Shown piece by piece: positions 62,068 to 64,000 of a DNA stretch of 64,000 bases. The first letter of the stretch is position 1, and every line of letters starts with the position of its first letter. Below the pieces are notes generated by a model that made no database searches, was not told the DNA's origin, and worked only from the letters and a program-made list of their open reading frames with translations. This DNA comes from Chlamydiota bacterium (GTDB lineage Bacteria > Chlamydiota > Chlamydiia > Chlamydiales > SM23-39), in NCBI GenBank assembly GCA_048498835.1, contig JBEHXF010000001.1:32001-96000 (forward strand), written 5' to 3'. The position numbers were made by a program, and so were the translations under genes.

Positions 62068-63068
62068 AGTCCATCGTCTTACACCGAGGACGCAATCGAT
62101 TTGCAACACGAATTTTAAAAGAGATAAGTAGCGTCGACTACAACTTCGATTTTCGGGGGTTTCAAAAAGGAAATTCACTTTTCAATCTTTTTTGGCTCCT
62201 CCTTAAAGCTTGGATTACTTCCAAAGAAGTCCCTGAAGCTGAAAAGTATGTGATTGAGGGAGGATTAGTCTTTTGGGTTGGCTACTTCCTGAAAAAACGC
62301 CACCCAAAAACCAAACTCATTATTATCATCCCCGAACCCGCCTTTTATCTCGATGCAAGAAAAGGGCGTCTTCAAAAGCTCTTTTTCTCGCTGCGTATGA
62401 AAGCTATGCGCAACACGGTTGATCATTTCATTTTTATTTCTGAAATGGTCAAAGAATCAGCCCTCCCATGGATTGGAGATACCTCTTATGAAGTGATCCC
62501 ATTTTACATTCAGCATGTTCAATCGATTCAACGCCTTGTTCACAAAAACCCCGGTCATAATTTGCTGTTTGTCGCTGAAAGACCAAATGATACAGGCAAT
62601 ATCAAAGGCCTAGATCTCGCCGTACAAATTTTTGAACGACTCCAATGCAAACGAAAAGATGTAAAGCTGCGGATTATTGGTTCTGGAACAGAACACTTGC
62701 GCTTCGATAATCCCAATATTGAACCACTTGGATTCGTGAATTTAACAGAAGTTTTTTCTAAAACATCCATTTGTATCCTTCCTGCACGCTATGATGCTTT
62801 TCCACTTATCGTTCCTGAAGCGGCTTTACATGGAATTATACCTCTTATCTCAAATTTTGTGGGCAGCAAGGAAATCTTAAAACAAGTAGATGAACGATTA
62901 GTCGTAGATTCTTTGGATCTGGATGAATGGGTAAAGAGAATTGAAACCTATCTAGACGCAACCGATCCTATACGCGATCAGATCTATTCTCAGCTTAAGC
63001 TCCGATTTGAAGAGCTGACAGAAGAACGAGTTATTGGAAGATATAAACAGGCTGTTGCACAGCGTTAG
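62064..63068 (+). CDS. Glycosyltransferase family 4 (GT-B)
   Basis: KGLD and PARYDAFPLIVPEA (a D/E-x7-E variant). Confidence 0.8.
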   Translation: MKSIVLHRGRNRFATRILKEISSVDYNFDFRGFQKGNSLFNLFWLLLKAWITSKEVPEAEKYVIEGGLVFWVGYFLKKRHPKTKLIIIIPEPAFYLDARKGRLQKLFFSLRMKAMRNTVDHFIFISEMVKESALPWIGDTSYEVIPFYIQHVQSIQRLVHKNPGHNLLFVAERPNDTGNIKGLDLAVQIFERLQCKRKDVKLRIIGSGTEHLRFDNPNIEPLGFVNLTEVFSKTSICILPARYDAFPLIVPEAALHGIIPLISNFVGSKEILKQVDERLVVDSLDLDEWVKRIETYLDATDPIRDQIYSQLKLRFEELTEERVIGRYKQAVAQR

Positions 63069-63999
63069 TCCATCCTCTCACATCACGGGTCAGCGCATAC
63101 TGAACATCGTATTGAGATAGGTAATCAATCACTTTGGCTAGTTTCTCTAAATTGCGCTTGCAAATTCCATCGAGCAACGCATCTCTTGTCTCAGTAAAAT
63201 GAAGTTGTATATTGATGATTCCCCGCTTTTCAAGCAGGACATCGATCACTTTTTTGATGATCTCCAATTCCCATAAAATAGAGATATTTTGAGGCACGTT
63301 AAATAATCCATCATATATGCAAGGATAGACGTGAGAAACTTGGCGCGACGCATAATTGAGTCCATTTGAAGGACTTGAAAGACAGACGTATTCAAAAGAG
63401 TACTTTTTTAATGCCTCTACTAACTGCTGCCTACCCAAAAGCTGACCCATACTCCAAGCAGGTGGCTTAAATCCATCCATTTTAAAAAAGCGACTCAGCC
63501 CCTCTAGTCCCTGCTTAATTCTTTCCTCGCATGATTCCACACTCAAAAAATCAAATTCAAAAGGGGCATAGAAATCTGGATAGACAGTTTGCACATGATG
63601 GTAGCCATGCAAAGCGACTTCCATCGATTCATGCTGCAAAGCCTTTAGTAACCAATGATCCGGATTGGCTTTTGCCACATTAAAAGGTTCATCGGAAATA
63701 GTATTTGATGTGAGACCAGTTTCCGTAAAAATCGGGTTAGGGATAAAAAACAAAGTGTGTTTGAGCTTCGGATAAGCCTTAGAAAAAGAGATGAAAAGAT
63801 CCCAAATGCCCCCTGGTTTTGCGCCATAATCATAAAATTCAGGACCATCCATCAAGCAAATGTCATCATAATGCAATAGCAAGATAGGTTTAGGTAAACA
63901 TCCCCTCACAGGTTCGCAGGATAGCTCTTGAAGATAAGATAATGGATGGAAAGCTCTTCGCTTTACAGGCCGAAGCTTCCAGTTAAAATAGGAGCGATA
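63031..63999 (-). CDS. Polysaccharide deacetylase-like protein (DUF2334/NodB-like), probably 5'-truncated by the window edge
   Basis: NodB-type motifs HYDD, ALHGYHH and FKPPAW. The same frame stays open from 63909 to the window end. Confidence 0.7.
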   Translation of the reverse strand, partial: YRSYFNWKLRPVKRRAFHPLSYLQELSCEPVRGCLPKPILLLHYDDICLMDGPEFYDYGAKPGGIWDLFISFSKAYPKLKHTLFFIPNPIFTETGLTSNTISDEPFNVAKANPDHWLLKALQHESMEVALHGYHHVQTVYPDFYAPFEFDFLSVESCEERIKQGLEGLSRFFKMDGFKPPAWSMGQLLGRQQLVEALKKYSFEYVCLSSPSNGLNYASRQVSHVYPCIYDGLFNVPQNISILWELEIIKKVIDVLLEKRGIINIQLHFTETRDALLDGICKRNLEKLAKVIDYLSQYDVQYALTRDVRGWTNAVQQPVYIFQ

Positions 64000-64000
64000 G

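Overview
This window looks like a gene-dense chromosomal segment from a member of the phylum Chlamydiota, probably an environmental lineage. The evidence is a TopA-SWIB fusion, a MOMP-family porin, small Lys/Arg-rich histone-like proteins, RsbU, RpoN, and a CIRCE element upstream of the groES promoter. Bases 1-50.7 kb are mostly housekeeping genes: glgC, mutL, pepP, cca, rsgA, eno, ahpC, tRNA-Arg(ACG), trkAH, prmA, groESL, putA, uvrD, mtnABC, rpoN and topA. Interspersed with them are pseudopilin-like genes split by an OPT transporter, a kinase/pseudokinase pair, a Fic protein and orphan effector-like ORFs. From about 50.7 kb to the end is a visibly AT-richer surface-glycan locus that runs off the window. 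Best leads: (1) the methionine-salvage enzymes MtnA and MtnB both carry signal-peptide-like N-termini; (2) a recurring -10 box/7 nt/ATG arrangement suggests many leaderless mRNAs; (3) an atypical kinase and a C-lobe-only pseudokinase sit behind an orphan histidine kinase; (4) the Fic protein has Lys in place of its inhibitory Glu; (5) a KdoO-like hydroxylase and a GT9 point to a non-canonical chlamydial LPS core; (6) two histone-like genes are separated by an intrinsic terminator; (7) one intergenic region duplicates the start sequences of both flanking genes. No CRISPR array, rRNA, integrase or transposase was seen. All family assignments come from recognising motifs by eye, not from database searches.
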